Positions 10,589 to 18,785 of a stretch of DNA of 24,154 bases are shown here, in pieces. The DNA is taken from IMG/VR virus record IMGVR_UViG_2537562172_000007. One strand, given 5' to 3'. The translations under genes and the position numbers were made by a program. Source of the DNA: a virus. Lineage: Duplodnaviria; Heunggongvirae; Uroviricota; Caudoviricetes. The notes beneath the pieces are model-generated. The model did not search any database. It was not told the origin of the DNA and saw only the letters and a program-made list of their open reading frames with translations. Positions within the stretch are counted from its first letter, which is position 1; each line of letters begins with the position of its first letter.

Positions 10589-10759
10589 ATGTCAGAACGT
10601 AAAAACTCAAAATCACGCCGTAATTATCTCGTTAAATGTTCCTGCCCAAACTGCACCCAAGAGTCAGAACACAGTTTTTCAAGAGTACAAAAAGGTGCCC
10701 TTTTGATCTGCCCTCATTGCAACAAAGTATTCCAGACAAATCTTAAAGCTGTAGCCTGA
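10589..10759 (+). CDS. small zinc-ribbon protein (CSCPNC...CPHC), 56 aa
   Basis: ORF 10538-10759; internal ATG at 10589 has AGGAAAAG upstream; two CxxC pairs; antisense to the late operon. Confidence 0.45.
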   Translation: MSERKNSKSRRNYLVKCSCPNCTQESEHSFSRVQKGALLICPHCNKVFQTNLKAVA

Positions 10760-10814
10760 TTGATTTTATTAGTAACAAGTATTTTTTATATTTTAATAAT
10801 ATATTTAAAGCAGA

Positions 10815-10838
10815 TAATAAAAAACCCGCCTGAGCGGG
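10815..10838 (-). terminator. rho-independent terminator downstream of cspB (possibly bidirectional)
   Basis: Minus strand: CCCGC-TCAG-GCGGG followed by TTTTTTATTAT. Confidence 0.6.
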
Positions 10839-11122
10839 TTTGAGATTGTGGTGCTTTTTGTGGGAGTCATCCACTTACGCACTTTGTTTTGCCATGCCAG
10901 CAGTTAGCTTCTGCTGTAAAACTATTCATGCAGCAAACCTGCACTTCACCACAATGGTTAGCATACTTTTCCTGATTAAGATTTTGCCAAATATGCTAGC
11001 CATTGTTTCATGTATTGGACCTCCTTACTTTTTATTAAAGAGATCCAATATTCACTACTCTGTCCGTATCTCTACTCAGGCATCAGCCTTCTTCGTTATC
11101 GTATACAGACGAGCGATGAATT

Positions 11123-11338
11123 TTAATCAGTAATGATGACATTTGCTGCTGCAGGACCTTTAGCACCACTCTCTATAGAGAAGGTAACCTTTTGACCTTC
11201 AAATAAGGTTCGATAATTATCATTCTGAATCGCAGAAAAATGCACAAACACATCTTTACTACCATCAACAGGAGAAATAAAGCCGAAACCTTTATCAGCG
11301 TTAAACCATTTTACTAAACCAGTCATTTTATTTGACAT
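11123..11338 (-). CDS. cspB: CspA-family cold shock protein
   Basis: 71 aa [34 protein letters not shown]...; matches recalled CspB. Confidence 0.9.
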   Translation of the reverse strand: MSNKMTGLVKWFNADKGFGFISPVDGSKDVFVHFSAIQNDNYRTLFEGQKVTFSIESGAKGPAAANVIITD

Positions 11339-11638
11339 TCTACATTCCTTAACTTGAGCCTTTCGGCATAAATGGTTTGCATAACAGAAACGACTTCGTA
11401 CTTAATTGGAGAGACTCAAAGAAGGAATAAGTGAATAACACCTGAAATGAGAACTGCTTTAGTAAACTACTTCGTATATCGTCTGTTCTTCAAACCGACG
11501 CAATCATTAACGCATAGTTGAACATATGAAGCAATGTTTATTTTAGACATCCAGCCATCTTCAACCCCATCAAAAAACTATAGCTTTCTTCAGGAACGTG
11601 TGTATAGTGCGCCAAGTTATCAGTATTAAGGAATTTTT

Positions 11639-11851
11639 TTGTCCCGTAAAATGACAGGAATTGTCAAAACCTTTGACGGCAAAAGCGGCAAGGGTCTTAT
11701 CACCCCATCCGATGGTCGTATCGATGTCCAGCTTCATGTTTCAGCGCTCAATCTCCGCGATGCAGAAGAAATTACCACCGGATTACGCGTGGAATTTTGC
11801 CGGATAAATGGTCTGCGTGGCCCTTCAGCTGCCAATGTTTACCTTTCATGA
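11639..11851 (+). CDS. cspF: CspA-family cold shock protein paralogue
   Basis: 70 aa [37 protein letters not shown]...; divergent from cspB. Confidence 0.9.
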
Positions 11852-12136
11852 GCTATATTAAAGCTTTAATTTCAGGCCCCATCGGATCACACATGGAGAG
11901 TTTTTATGAATAACCCCGTCTGTCTTGATGACTGGTTGATTGGCTTTAAAAGCTTATGCTGTACTTTGGCCGTAATAGCTCTGCTAATAATATAATAAGC
12001 AGACTCATTGTGTTTAGGGACATTGTACTGGAAGAAAACATTTTAAACATCAGGCAAATAACCAAGTCACCAGCTAAATAATAAGTTAACAGACATGAGT
12101 CCCGGGATGAGATTCAACATTACCATTGCCCCATTT

Positions 12137-12163
12137 AAAGCACAAAACCCGCTCATCAGCGGG
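12137..12163 (-). terminator. tR'-like intrinsic terminator downstream of the late promoter
   Basis: Minus strand: CCCGCT-GATG-AGCGGG followed by TTTTGTGCTTT. Confidence 0.6.
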
Positions 12164-12212
12164 TTTTCTACTTTTTCTTAACGTCGGGTATACAAAGCCC
12201 ATCGTTGAAAAA

Positions 12213-12241
12213 ATTTTATCCATATTTTTTGAAAAATGCAA
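12213..12241 (-). promoter_or_regulatory. pR'-like late promoter (-35 TTGCAT, 17-bp spacer, -10 TAAAAT)
   Basis: Near-consensus sigma-70 hexamers on the minus strand about 35 bp downstream of the quuQ stop and about 50 bp upstream of the terminator hairpin. Confidence 0.5.
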
Positions 12242-12272
12242 ACATCATGTCGCCATCTTCAGCAAAAATCAT

Positions 12273-13025
12273 TTATCTCGTCACCTTCCTCAATTGCGCT
12301 TCCGCGTATGCTTCTTCCTGCCAGCACTTTGTTACCAGTTTACCAATGACGTCCGCATACCCCTTATACCACTGATAATCGGTCAGGTCTGGTACCAGCT
12401 TCTGGACATGACGTCGTGCCAGCGTGGTCGGTAAACGACTAAACCGGTTTCCATTACAACGCCCACAAATCTTATATACCGGTACGCCATGAAACCGGGT
12501 TCTTTTTTCATCCAGAACAATCCCTTTACCCTTACACCCTCTGCACGCTGTGCTGGCTTCGCCCTTACCATGGCAATGCTGACATAGTTCCTTCACCCAT
12601 TCTTCCTTGATTACAGATTCCCCGCGTCTGTAGTGTTTCACCACTTCGCGCAATACATTATAAAATCCCGTACCTGAACAATGCTCACAGCGAGCCTTAC
12701 TTGCCGCAGACCTGGAGTAATCAGCAAAGGCAAAACTCACGAGGTAAGGAATAATCTGTAACCGGATTTCTTCACTCAATTTGTTCAATGTCGGGTTATC
12801 CAGTGCCATCGCGTAATTTAGCAGGCCTTCAATCGCAAACTGAGGGTCCTGAACACCAACTTTTGCCAGAAATAAGGCCAACCCAAGTGGTGCTTTCGAC
12901 TGCACCATCCCCTGCGCTGCCATTACATCCGTAATTGTTAAACAACCGGTGCCTGTCGCTGGAGCGTCATCGCTCAATTTTGGAGATTTTGGGGAGTAAT
13001 ATTTTGGTAAGGCTTCAAGGTTCAT
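12273..13025 (-). CDS. quuQ: late-gene antiterminator Q
   Basis: ATG at 13025 gives 250 aa (MNLEALPKYY...); Cys/His-rich zinc-binding region; the ORF track start at 13055 is a TTG. Confidence 0.85.
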   Translation of the reverse strand: MNLEALPKYYSPKSPKLSDDAPATGTGCLTITDVMAAQGMVQSKAPLGLALFLAKVGVQDPQFAIEGLLNYAMALDNPTLNKLSEEIRLQIIPYLVSFAFADYSRSAASKARCEHCSGTGFYNVLREVVKHYRRGESVIKEEWVKELCQHCHGKGEASTACRGCKGKGIVLDEKRTRFHGVPVYKICGRCNGNRFSRLPTTLARRHVQKLVPDLTDYQWYKGYADVIGKLVTKCWQEEAYAEAQLRKVTR

Positions 13026-13038
13026 GCTCGTTCTCCAC

Positions 13039-14088
13039 TTACGCCAGTACGCCAATTGCCAGCGCGCGATCGATAAAACGAAATATCAGCTCCAGTTGGG
13101 AGCCATACTTATCTTCAAATGCCACTGTATCCGTATGCAGCTCGTTGTGATGCTTTCTGCACAAAGGCAACACAAAGAGATCATGTGCTTTTGTTCCCAT
13201 TCCGCCCTGCCCGTGACCAATCAGATGATGCGGATCGTCGGCTGGCATACCGCAGCAAGCACACGGCTGTGTCTTAACCCAACGTGTGTATTTCTCCTTA
13301 ACCCAGCGGCGACGTTTAGGCAGCTTCATGAAAGATTCCGGAGACTCTGGATCAACGGTGATGCTTACCACCGTCTTTTCCTGTGGTGATTTTTGTTGCT
13401 GGTGGGCGTAAGGCAACGGTGCAAGATTTTTTGTGCGTTGTTTCAATATGCTGGTGGCGGTCTGCTCTCCCGGTACGATGTCGCTTTCGCGGTACACCGA
13501 GCAGATTTTTTCCGCTGGTAATCCCAGCGAACGACGCGATACAGCCTCAGGTAGTGCATCCACCACCTGATTGCAGACCGCCCACCAGGATAATTCAGCC
13601 AAAGATAATTCCCGCTCCTGCGTACCGCTTATTGCGTGACGGATGACGTCAATCACCCATGCTGTCAGATTTTGTTGAGCAAGCAGCTCCAGTGATTCCG
13701 ATGTCTGGTCACGCAGTTGGTTGTCGCAGTGCCAGCACAACACCATTGCGCCGGTACCATAACGGTGAATGACTGTTTCAGTGTGATGGTAATCGCCATT
13801 AGGCCACTGGCAGGATGTAACATGACGTAATAGCCAGTCGGACAATGCGCCAACGCCGCCAGCAGCACGAATCACCCGTTCGTTACTAAAAAACGGCAGC
13901 AATGTTTTGTCTTCCGCCAGCGGCTGGCGAACGGCAGGAACGACTCCGGATGGCAGATTACGCATGCTTTTTGGTTCCGGTTCCACCAGCACTCGAGGAT
14001 TATGAAATATCTGTATGGATTCACGGCCCGGCTTAAGGACCACCAGCCCAAGCTCAGGCACCAGAACAGGTCTAAGTAATACCCGCAC
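13039..14088 (-). CDS. ydfU: DUF968-like prophage protein with C-terminal HNH-like motif
   Basis: GTG start at 14088 preceded by TGGAGGTAAC; 349 aa; C-terminal motif CACCG...HHLIGHGQGG...PLCRKHHNELH fits the HNH pattern. Confidence 0.75.
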   Translation of the reverse strand: MRVLLRPVLVPELGLVVLKPGRESIQIFHNPRVLVEPEPKSMRNLPSGVVPAVRQPLAEDKTLLPFFSNERVIRAAGGVGALSDWLLRHVTSCQWPNGDYHHTETVIHRYGTGAMVLCWHCDNQLRDQTSESLELLAQQNLTAWVIDVIRHAISGTQERELSLAELSWWAVCNQVVDALPEAVSRRSLGLPAEKICSVYRESDIVPGEQTATSILKQRTKNLAPLPYAHQQQKSPQEKTVVSITVDPESPESFMKLPKRRRWVKEKYTRWVKTQPCACCGMPADDPHHLIGHGQGGMGTKAHDLFVLPLCRKHHNELHTDTVAFEDKYGSQLELIFRFIDRALAIGVLA

Positions 14089-14089
14089 G

Positions 14090-14368
14090 TTACCTCCAGA
14101 TCCGTTGCTGGAAAGTGCGGGACGCACGTGGTGGGCGTTCGGAATAAGGCAGCCTGACAGAGATTATCCAGTGCCGATAGTCGAGACTGAGAGCTTTCTT
14201 AACCTCGACCCCGCGCCTGCGGTAAGAATGAATCAGCCATTCGGCCTGTTCTGCAGTGCATGGAGGGTGCTGGAACCATTCAGACTTGAATGCGTGAGAA
14301 TACCGCCCGTGCGTGCAGGCAAGAACGGGCGAATTATCAGAATTGTAATATTTTGCGTTGCGTGCCAT
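14090..14368 (-). CDS. hypothetical 92-aa protein translationally coupled to ydfU
   Basis: ATG at 14368 with GGAG 9 nt upstream; stop TAA is 1 nt before the ydfU GTG and embedded in its Shine-Dalgarno sequence. Confidence 0.45.
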   Translation of the reverse strand: MARNAKYYNSDNSPVLACTHGRYSHAFKSEWFQHPPCTAEQAEWLIHSYRRRGVEVKKALSLDYRHWIISVRLPYSERPPRASRTFQQRIWR

Positions 14369-14434
14369 CGGTTTTCTCCGGTGGCACGGTGTTACTCAGC
14401 GGGAGTTCAGCCCCGCGCAAGATTGTAGATGAGT

Positions 14435-14686
14435 TTATTCTCCTGAAAAAGCAGAAAAGCCAGCTTTTATTCCGATCTCTTTCAATGCCTGTAATGAAGT
14501 GACAAACTCACCTTCGCGCAAGATAAATCCGTCCGTGACCCGAGCATCCACAAAATTAATTAACGCAGCCCCATTCTTTCGCAAACACATAATGCGGTAA
14601 TGACTAACAAGATTTCCATTTTCAACGCACACAGCATAGAGGCCATCTTCACAAAAAATTTTACGCAGTTCTTCGATGTTCATCAT
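14435..14686 (-). CDS. rem: Rem, small prophage protein of unknown function
   Basis: 83 aa MMNIEELRKIFCEDGLYAV...; GGAAGGA Shine-Dalgarno; position as in Qin. Confidence 0.8.
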   Translation of the reverse strand: MMNIEELRKIFCEDGLYAVCVENGNLVSHYRIMCLRKNGAALINFVDARVTDGFILREGEFVTSLQALKEIGIKAGFSAFSGE

Positions 14687-14902
14687 CAGAATCCTTCCGG
14701 ATAATTAGCTCTCCCCTTTAAGGGACCATCCCTCTTATCCCTGCGCGCTACTTAAGTATTTTTGATTCTATTCCGGCACCGTCCAGAACTTCAAACGCGT
14801 TGAAAATAAAAACAAAAACCCGCCGAAGCGGGTTAAGTGCGGGTGCGTTGAGGATGCCTGCCACATCAGAGGTGGCGAGGGATTTCTCCCCCGCCGGGTC
14901 TC

Positions 14903-15058
14903 TTACTCCTCAGGTTCGTAAGCTGTGAAGACAGCGACCTCCGTCTGGCCGGTTCGGATTCGTACCTCGCAGAGGTCTTTCCTCGTTACCAGTGCCGTCA
15001 CTATGACGGTTAAACAGATGACGATCAGGGCGATTAACATCGCCTTTTGCTGCTTCAT
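14903..15058 (-). CDS. hokD: Hok-family type I toxin (RelF), 51 aa
   Basis: Manually translated MKQQKAMLIALIVICLTVIVTALVTRKDLCEVRIRTGQTEVAVFTAYEPEE; under the 60-aa cutoff; downstream of relE. Confidence 0.85.
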   Translation of the reverse strand: MKQQKAMLIALIVICLTVIVTALVTRKDLCEVRIRTGQTEVAVFTAYEPEE

Positions 15059-15129
15059 AGCCTGCTTCTCCTGTCAACGCAAAGCAGAAGTGTCACCTTC
15101 GGTGCGAAACAGAGATGTCATGCTTTGGT

Positions 15130-15417
15130 TCAGAGAATGCGTTTGACCGCCTCGCTATATACTTCCGAGCGTTCTCTTTTCCCAACAGAAATCACGAAAA
15201 CGACAACTTTCTCGTCTATAACCTGGTATACAAGGCGATAGCCTGAAGACCGGAGCTTAATCTTGTAACAATCAGGCATACCACGGAGCTTGTTTGCTTC
15301 AATCCGGGGTGACTCAAGTACTTCAACCAGCTTCTTTTTCAACTGTTCACGTACCGTCGAGCCCAGCTTTCGCCATTCCTTTAGTGCCCGCTCGTCAAAA
15401 TCCAGAAAATACGCCAT
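15130..15417 (-). CDS. relE: RelE mRNA interferase toxin
   Basis: 95 aa MAYFLDFDERALKEWRKLGSTVREQLKKKL...; start overlaps the relB stop. Confidence 0.9.
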   Translation of the reverse strand: MAYFLDFDERALKEWRKLGSTVREQLKKKLVEVLESPRIEANKLRGMPDCYKIKLRSSGYRLVYQVIDEKVVVFVISVGKRERSEVYSEAVKRIL

Positions 15418-15656
15418 CAGAGTTCATCCAGCGTCACACGTACTGGCTTAGGATTACGAAGCCGTTCTTTCACTATCTCCACAAGTTCAGCATCTTCATC
15501 ACTCAGGAGTGTCTGTTTGAACGGCAAGCGTTCATTGTCAGCGATATACTCGAGCATGAGACGAAGCGCTTCAGAAGGAGTTACACCCATTTTTTCAAGC
15601 GCGGCGTAAGAACGCGCTTTAAGTTCATCGTCAATACGCAGGTTAATGCTACCCAT
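15417..15656 (-). CDS. relB: RelB antitoxin
   Basis: 79 aa MGSINLRIDDELKARSYAALEKMGVTPSEALRL... with RHH-like N-terminus. Confidence 0.9.
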   Translation of the reverse strand: MGSINLRIDDELKARSYAALEKMGVTPSEALRLMLEYIADNERLPFKQTLLSDEDAELVEIVKERLRNPKPVRVTLDEL

Positions 15657-15668
15657 GTCTTACACCTC

Positions 15669-15693
15669 TTGTAATTACAAATGTCATTACAAG
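15669..15693 (-). promoter_or_regulatory. relBE operator (relO) palindromic repeats
   Basis: Perfect palindrome TTGTAATTACAA followed by TGTCATTACAAG immediately upstream of relB. Confidence 0.6.
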
Positions 15694-15986
15694 TATCGCA
15701 CTACAACATGCTTAGGGCAAGTCACGAAGGAAGTCAGAAAGTAGTCGTAAGAACGGTGATCACTGTCCGCTTTGTGCCAGGAGCAGCCATTGCTAAGTCC
15801 ATCCTGTATTGTGCAGGTCAGCTCGTTTTTAAAGAGTCCGGCCATCATCTTACTGGTACAGACACCATATACTTTGTGACGGTCAGGCTACATATGCACA
15901 ACTCAACTTATTCATCTATTTTTTGCTTTAGCATGTCAGTGTTGCTTTCTCGTCGGCGGGTGAGCGGTGACCTGACCTGTCGATAA
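15681..15986 (+). CDS. ydfV: prophage protein YdfV
   Basis: 101-aa ORF divergent from relB; its first ATG lies inside the relO repeats, so the true start may be the internal Met at codon 10. Confidence 0.55.
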   Translation: MSLQVSHYNMLRASHEGSQKVVVRTVITVRFVPGAAIAKSILYCAGQLVFKESGHHLTGTDTIYFVTVRLHMHNSTYSSIFCFSMSVLLSRRRVSGDLTCR

Positions 15987-16138
15987 AGGAACGTAACACG
16001 TTTTATGCAACACCCGCATGCGGCAGAAAATTATTGCCGAACGTTTACCCCTGTCAACAAGCTTTACTTTCTGAGGCGCGCCAGCCCGCGAGGAAAACAA
16101 TCTGAACATCAAACAATTAATGACACAAGAAATACGAT

Positions 16139-16165
16139 TAAAGATTTTTTTGTGCATGCCGATAG
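16139..16165 (+). promoter_or_regulatory. sigma-28 (FliA) class 3 promoter for flxA
   Basis: TAAAGATT, 11-bp spacer, GCCGATAG against the TAAAGTTT-N11-GCCGATAA consensus, about 25 bp upstream of the flxA ATG. Confidence 0.7.
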
Positions 16166-16188
16166 TGCTTTTTTAAAAGGAGAAATCT

Positions 16189-16521
16189 ATGTCTGTCACA
16201 ATTCAGGGAAATACCTCAACCGTTATTTCAAACAACTCCGCCCCGGAAGGAACATCAGAAATAGCCAAAATCACAAGACAAATTCAGGTGCTGACTGAAA
16301 AGCTTGGGAAAATCTCATCGGAAGAGGGGATGACGACACAGCAGAAAAAAGAAATGGCTGCATTGGTACAGAAGCAAATTGAAAGCCTCTGGGCTCAACT
16401 GGAGCAGTTGTTAAGGCAGCAGGCAGAGAAAAAGAATGAAGACGCGACAGTTCAGCCTGATAAAAAAGAAGAGAAAAAAGACGATACAAATACCGCTGGC
16501 ACCATTGATATTTACGTCTAA
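16189..16521 (+). CDS. flxA: FliA-regulated protein FlxA
   Basis: 110-aa ORF with Gln/Lys/Glu-rich coiled-coil-like sequence; AAGGAG Shine-Dalgarno; sigma-28 promoter upstream. Confidence 0.85.
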   Translation: MSVTIQGNTSTVISNNSAPEGTSEIAKITRQIQVLTEKLGKISSEEGMTTQQKKEMAALVQKQIESLWAQLEQLLRQQAEKKNEDATVQPDKKEEKKDDTNTAGTIDIYV

Positions 16522-16536
16522 GTGACAGCCGTATTG

Positions 16537-16560
16537 TGGCCCTCATCGGGCCACTTTTCG
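16537..16560 (+). terminator. rho-independent terminator of flxA
   Basis: GTGGCCC-TCATC-GGGCCAC followed by TTTT, 16 nt after the flxA stop. Confidence 0.65.
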
Positions 16561-16608
16561 CCATCAGCCTTTTCTTTAAAGACATATTATCTTTGTATCA
16601 TTTCTGAT

Positions 16609-18457
16609 AGTTAACATTACAAGATATAAGTAATGGACGCACTCCCAATTAGTCTATTTAAATCGCCACGAGTTTAACTGACAACCCATGATCAATTATG
16701 AATTGCAACTATTTCTGTAGTCACTTTTGTGGGGACAGTCCACAAAACTGCCAACATCCGCTTCTTGCTCTTAGCGGACATTAGCATAGGCTATTTACCA
16801 TAACGCCTCATTACGCGCACCGCCCAGACTGACTCAGCGCGTTTCTGGCATATCCCCGGTAAAACAAGTAACAAACCACCCGAAAATGAACACCAGAAAC
16901 GCGACTTAAGAATCTACCCTATGAATGGATATGCACTCAACCGAATCGATCTTGGTTTCAATCTTTTTTATCGGGATCAGGCTTCTTTTTAGGTAACTTC
17001 GGGGGCTTAACTTGCTGATGACTTTGCGTTCGGCGCGTAAGCCAGGGATGGTCAGCTTTAGGTTTAACATAGTATTTTGAGCGTAAATCAATACGGGCAT
17101 TATCCACTCGTTCATGGACACTCTTTTCATCATCCAGTGGTATAGGCTCCGGGCCATCAACATACTTTTCCCAGCCCAGCGCTTTCCCGTCATACAGAAC
17201 GTTAATTTCACCGTCAAAGTTCTCGCATACAGTAACAACCGAATGCCTAAGTCGATATCCCCGGCCCTCACTGCGTACCTGAAACGCACTGCTTTTGTAC
17301 TGGAAAGTGAGATTTTTAGACAGAACGCGCTTCGCCTGTAGGCTGAAGATATAACCCAGTTCCTCTTCAGAATGGTGCACATCAAGATGAGCATTATCAG
17401 TAGTACGAGGCGACGTAGCGAACCGGTTGTTATAGGCTTCAATAAAGGTCGGCAACCATGCATTTGCTGTTTCAATATCACTGATATTCTGAAGCCGCAT
17501 TTCTTTGACCAGCCTGTCCTGTAGTGTCTGATTGGCGCGCTCTACCCGCCCTTTTGCCTGCGGGCTGTTGGCATGGATTGGCTCGATGCCCAGTGTCTTT
17601 ATCGCACGAGTGAACTGGGTCAGCTCACCTTCCCGCTCTGGGTTATTTACCCTGAATATACTGTGTCTATCAGAGTAGAGAGCGAGCGGTACGCCATGAT
17701 CATTAAGGTAACCCCGGAGGGTTTCCATGTAAGCCCGGGTTGTTTCAGCAGGCACAAAACGCAACGCCATCAACGCACTGGTGGCATCATCAATGAAAAC
17801 GATCAGTGTACATCTGGGGCCTCGATTTTCAAACCAGTCATGAGGTGAGCCATCAATCTGGATCAGTTCACCGTAAGATGGTCGTCGCATGCGGCGTTGA
17901 TATATACGGGCAATTTTACGACGGCGTTCACGCCATAACCCCTCTTCTATCATCCACTTTCTGAGAGTTTCAACGGATAAAGATAAACCGTGTATCTCGC
18001 GCAATTTTTCGCACGCAAACGTAGGTCCAAAATCAGCGTAACGGCCTTTGAGGAGTGAAATTACTGTTGCTCTGAATTCAGTAGAAAAGGAATTATTAGG
18101 ACGCTTTCCACGTCGGTGGGAAACCAGACCAGAAGGCCCTTCATTTCTATACCGTTGCACCAGACGTTTAACCTGCCGAATAGAAATGCCAATGCGTGCC
18201 GCAGCTTGTTCCTGAATAATCTGAAGTCGGTGGAGTTCCTTATGACTCATCGTAACAGTCTCTTTGATCATGAAAAATCCCCCAGAGAATTGTCTGGGGA
18301 CATTTTAGAATGGTTCAAAGGGGACATTACAGCTTGGTGTTAACAATAGCCTGCTTCTCCGTGCCTTTCGGCACGTAAGAGGCTAACCTACATGTGTCTA
18401 GCATGAAATTGGCCTCAGATTAATGTTAAGCGTCTTGCAGGACGCGTAATGTTAACT
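16609..18457 (-). mobile_element. insertion sequence carrying one rve-type DDE transposase (family unassigned, IS481/ISNCY/IS21-like); boundaries tentative
   Basis: Tentative ends from a perfect 12-bp inverted repeat: AGTTAACATTAC at 16609-16620 and GTAATGTTAACT at 18446-18457; no target-site duplication recognised. Confidence 0.35.
16958..18271 (-). CDS. DDE transposase, retroviral-integrase (rve) fold with N-terminal HTH
   Basis: 437 aa; HTH region (IGISIRQVKRLVQRY), catalytic-core motifs LIQIDGS, ALYSDRHSIF and SPQAKGRVERAN; GGGGGA Shine-Dalgarno upstream of the ATG. Confidence 0.85.
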   Translation of the reverse strand: MIKETVTMSHKELHRLQIIQEQAAARIGISIRQVKRLVQRYRNEGPSGLVSHRRGKRPNNSFSTEFRATVISLLKGRYADFGPTFACEKLREIHGLSLSVETLRKWMIEEGLWRERRRKIARIYQRRMRRPSYGELIQIDGSPHDWFENRGPRCTLIVFIDDATSALMALRFVPAETTRAYMETLRGYLNDHGVPLALYSDRHSIFRVNNPEREGELTQFTRAIKTLGIEPIHANSPQAKGRVERANQTLQDRLVKEMRLQNISDIETANAWLPTFIEAYNNRFATSPRTTDNAHLDVHHSEEELGYIFSLQAKRVLSKNLTFQYKSSAFQVRSEGRGYRLRHSVVTVCENFDGEINVLYDGKALGWEKYVDGPEPIPLDDEKSVHERVDNARIDLRSKYYVKPKADHPWLTRRTQSHQQVKPPKLPKKKPDPDKKD

Positions 18458-18605
18458 GGGGCTTTTCTCTATCTGCCGTTGGTGTCCATGCCCGAGGCAG
18501 ATAGCCTCAAGCACCCGCAGTCATTCTACTTAACTAAGATTTCCCCGCAAACCGTTTTTGTCCAGCACAGTAAATATCCAACTAAACCAATGGAGTTCGC
18601 TGTAT

Positions 18606-18785
18606 TTACCGCCAGTATTCAATGCACATGACCGCCATGAACACCCCTAAAAAAAGGGCATTTATATATCCAAATATTAATATCAAAACATCAACTTTTT
18701 CCATATACCTTGCTGTGAAGATGATGGGCATACATGATGCGAACAACCAGAACGCAACAAACAAAAACTGCAATGCGTTTTTCAT
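18606..18785 (-). CDS. small two-TM membrane protein, 59 aa
   Basis: ATG at 18785 preceded by AGGAGG with 4-nt spacer; MKNALQFLFVAFWLFASCMPIIFTARYMEKVDVLILIFGYINALFLGVFMAVMCIEYWR has two hydrophobic helices. Confidence 0.4.
   Translation of the reverse strand: MKNALQFLFVAFWLFASCMPIIFTARYMEKVDVLILIFGYINALFLGVFMAVMCIEYWR

Noticed and set aside
16906-17481. 191-aa minus-strand ORF overlapping the transposase 3' half
   Set aside because: Alternate frame of the transposase gene; the transposase frame carries the DDE motifs.
16609-18457. Target-site duplication flanking the 12-bp inverted repeats
   Set aside because: Flanking bases (TTCTGAT on the left, GGGGCTT on the right) do not match, so the IS ends stay tentative.
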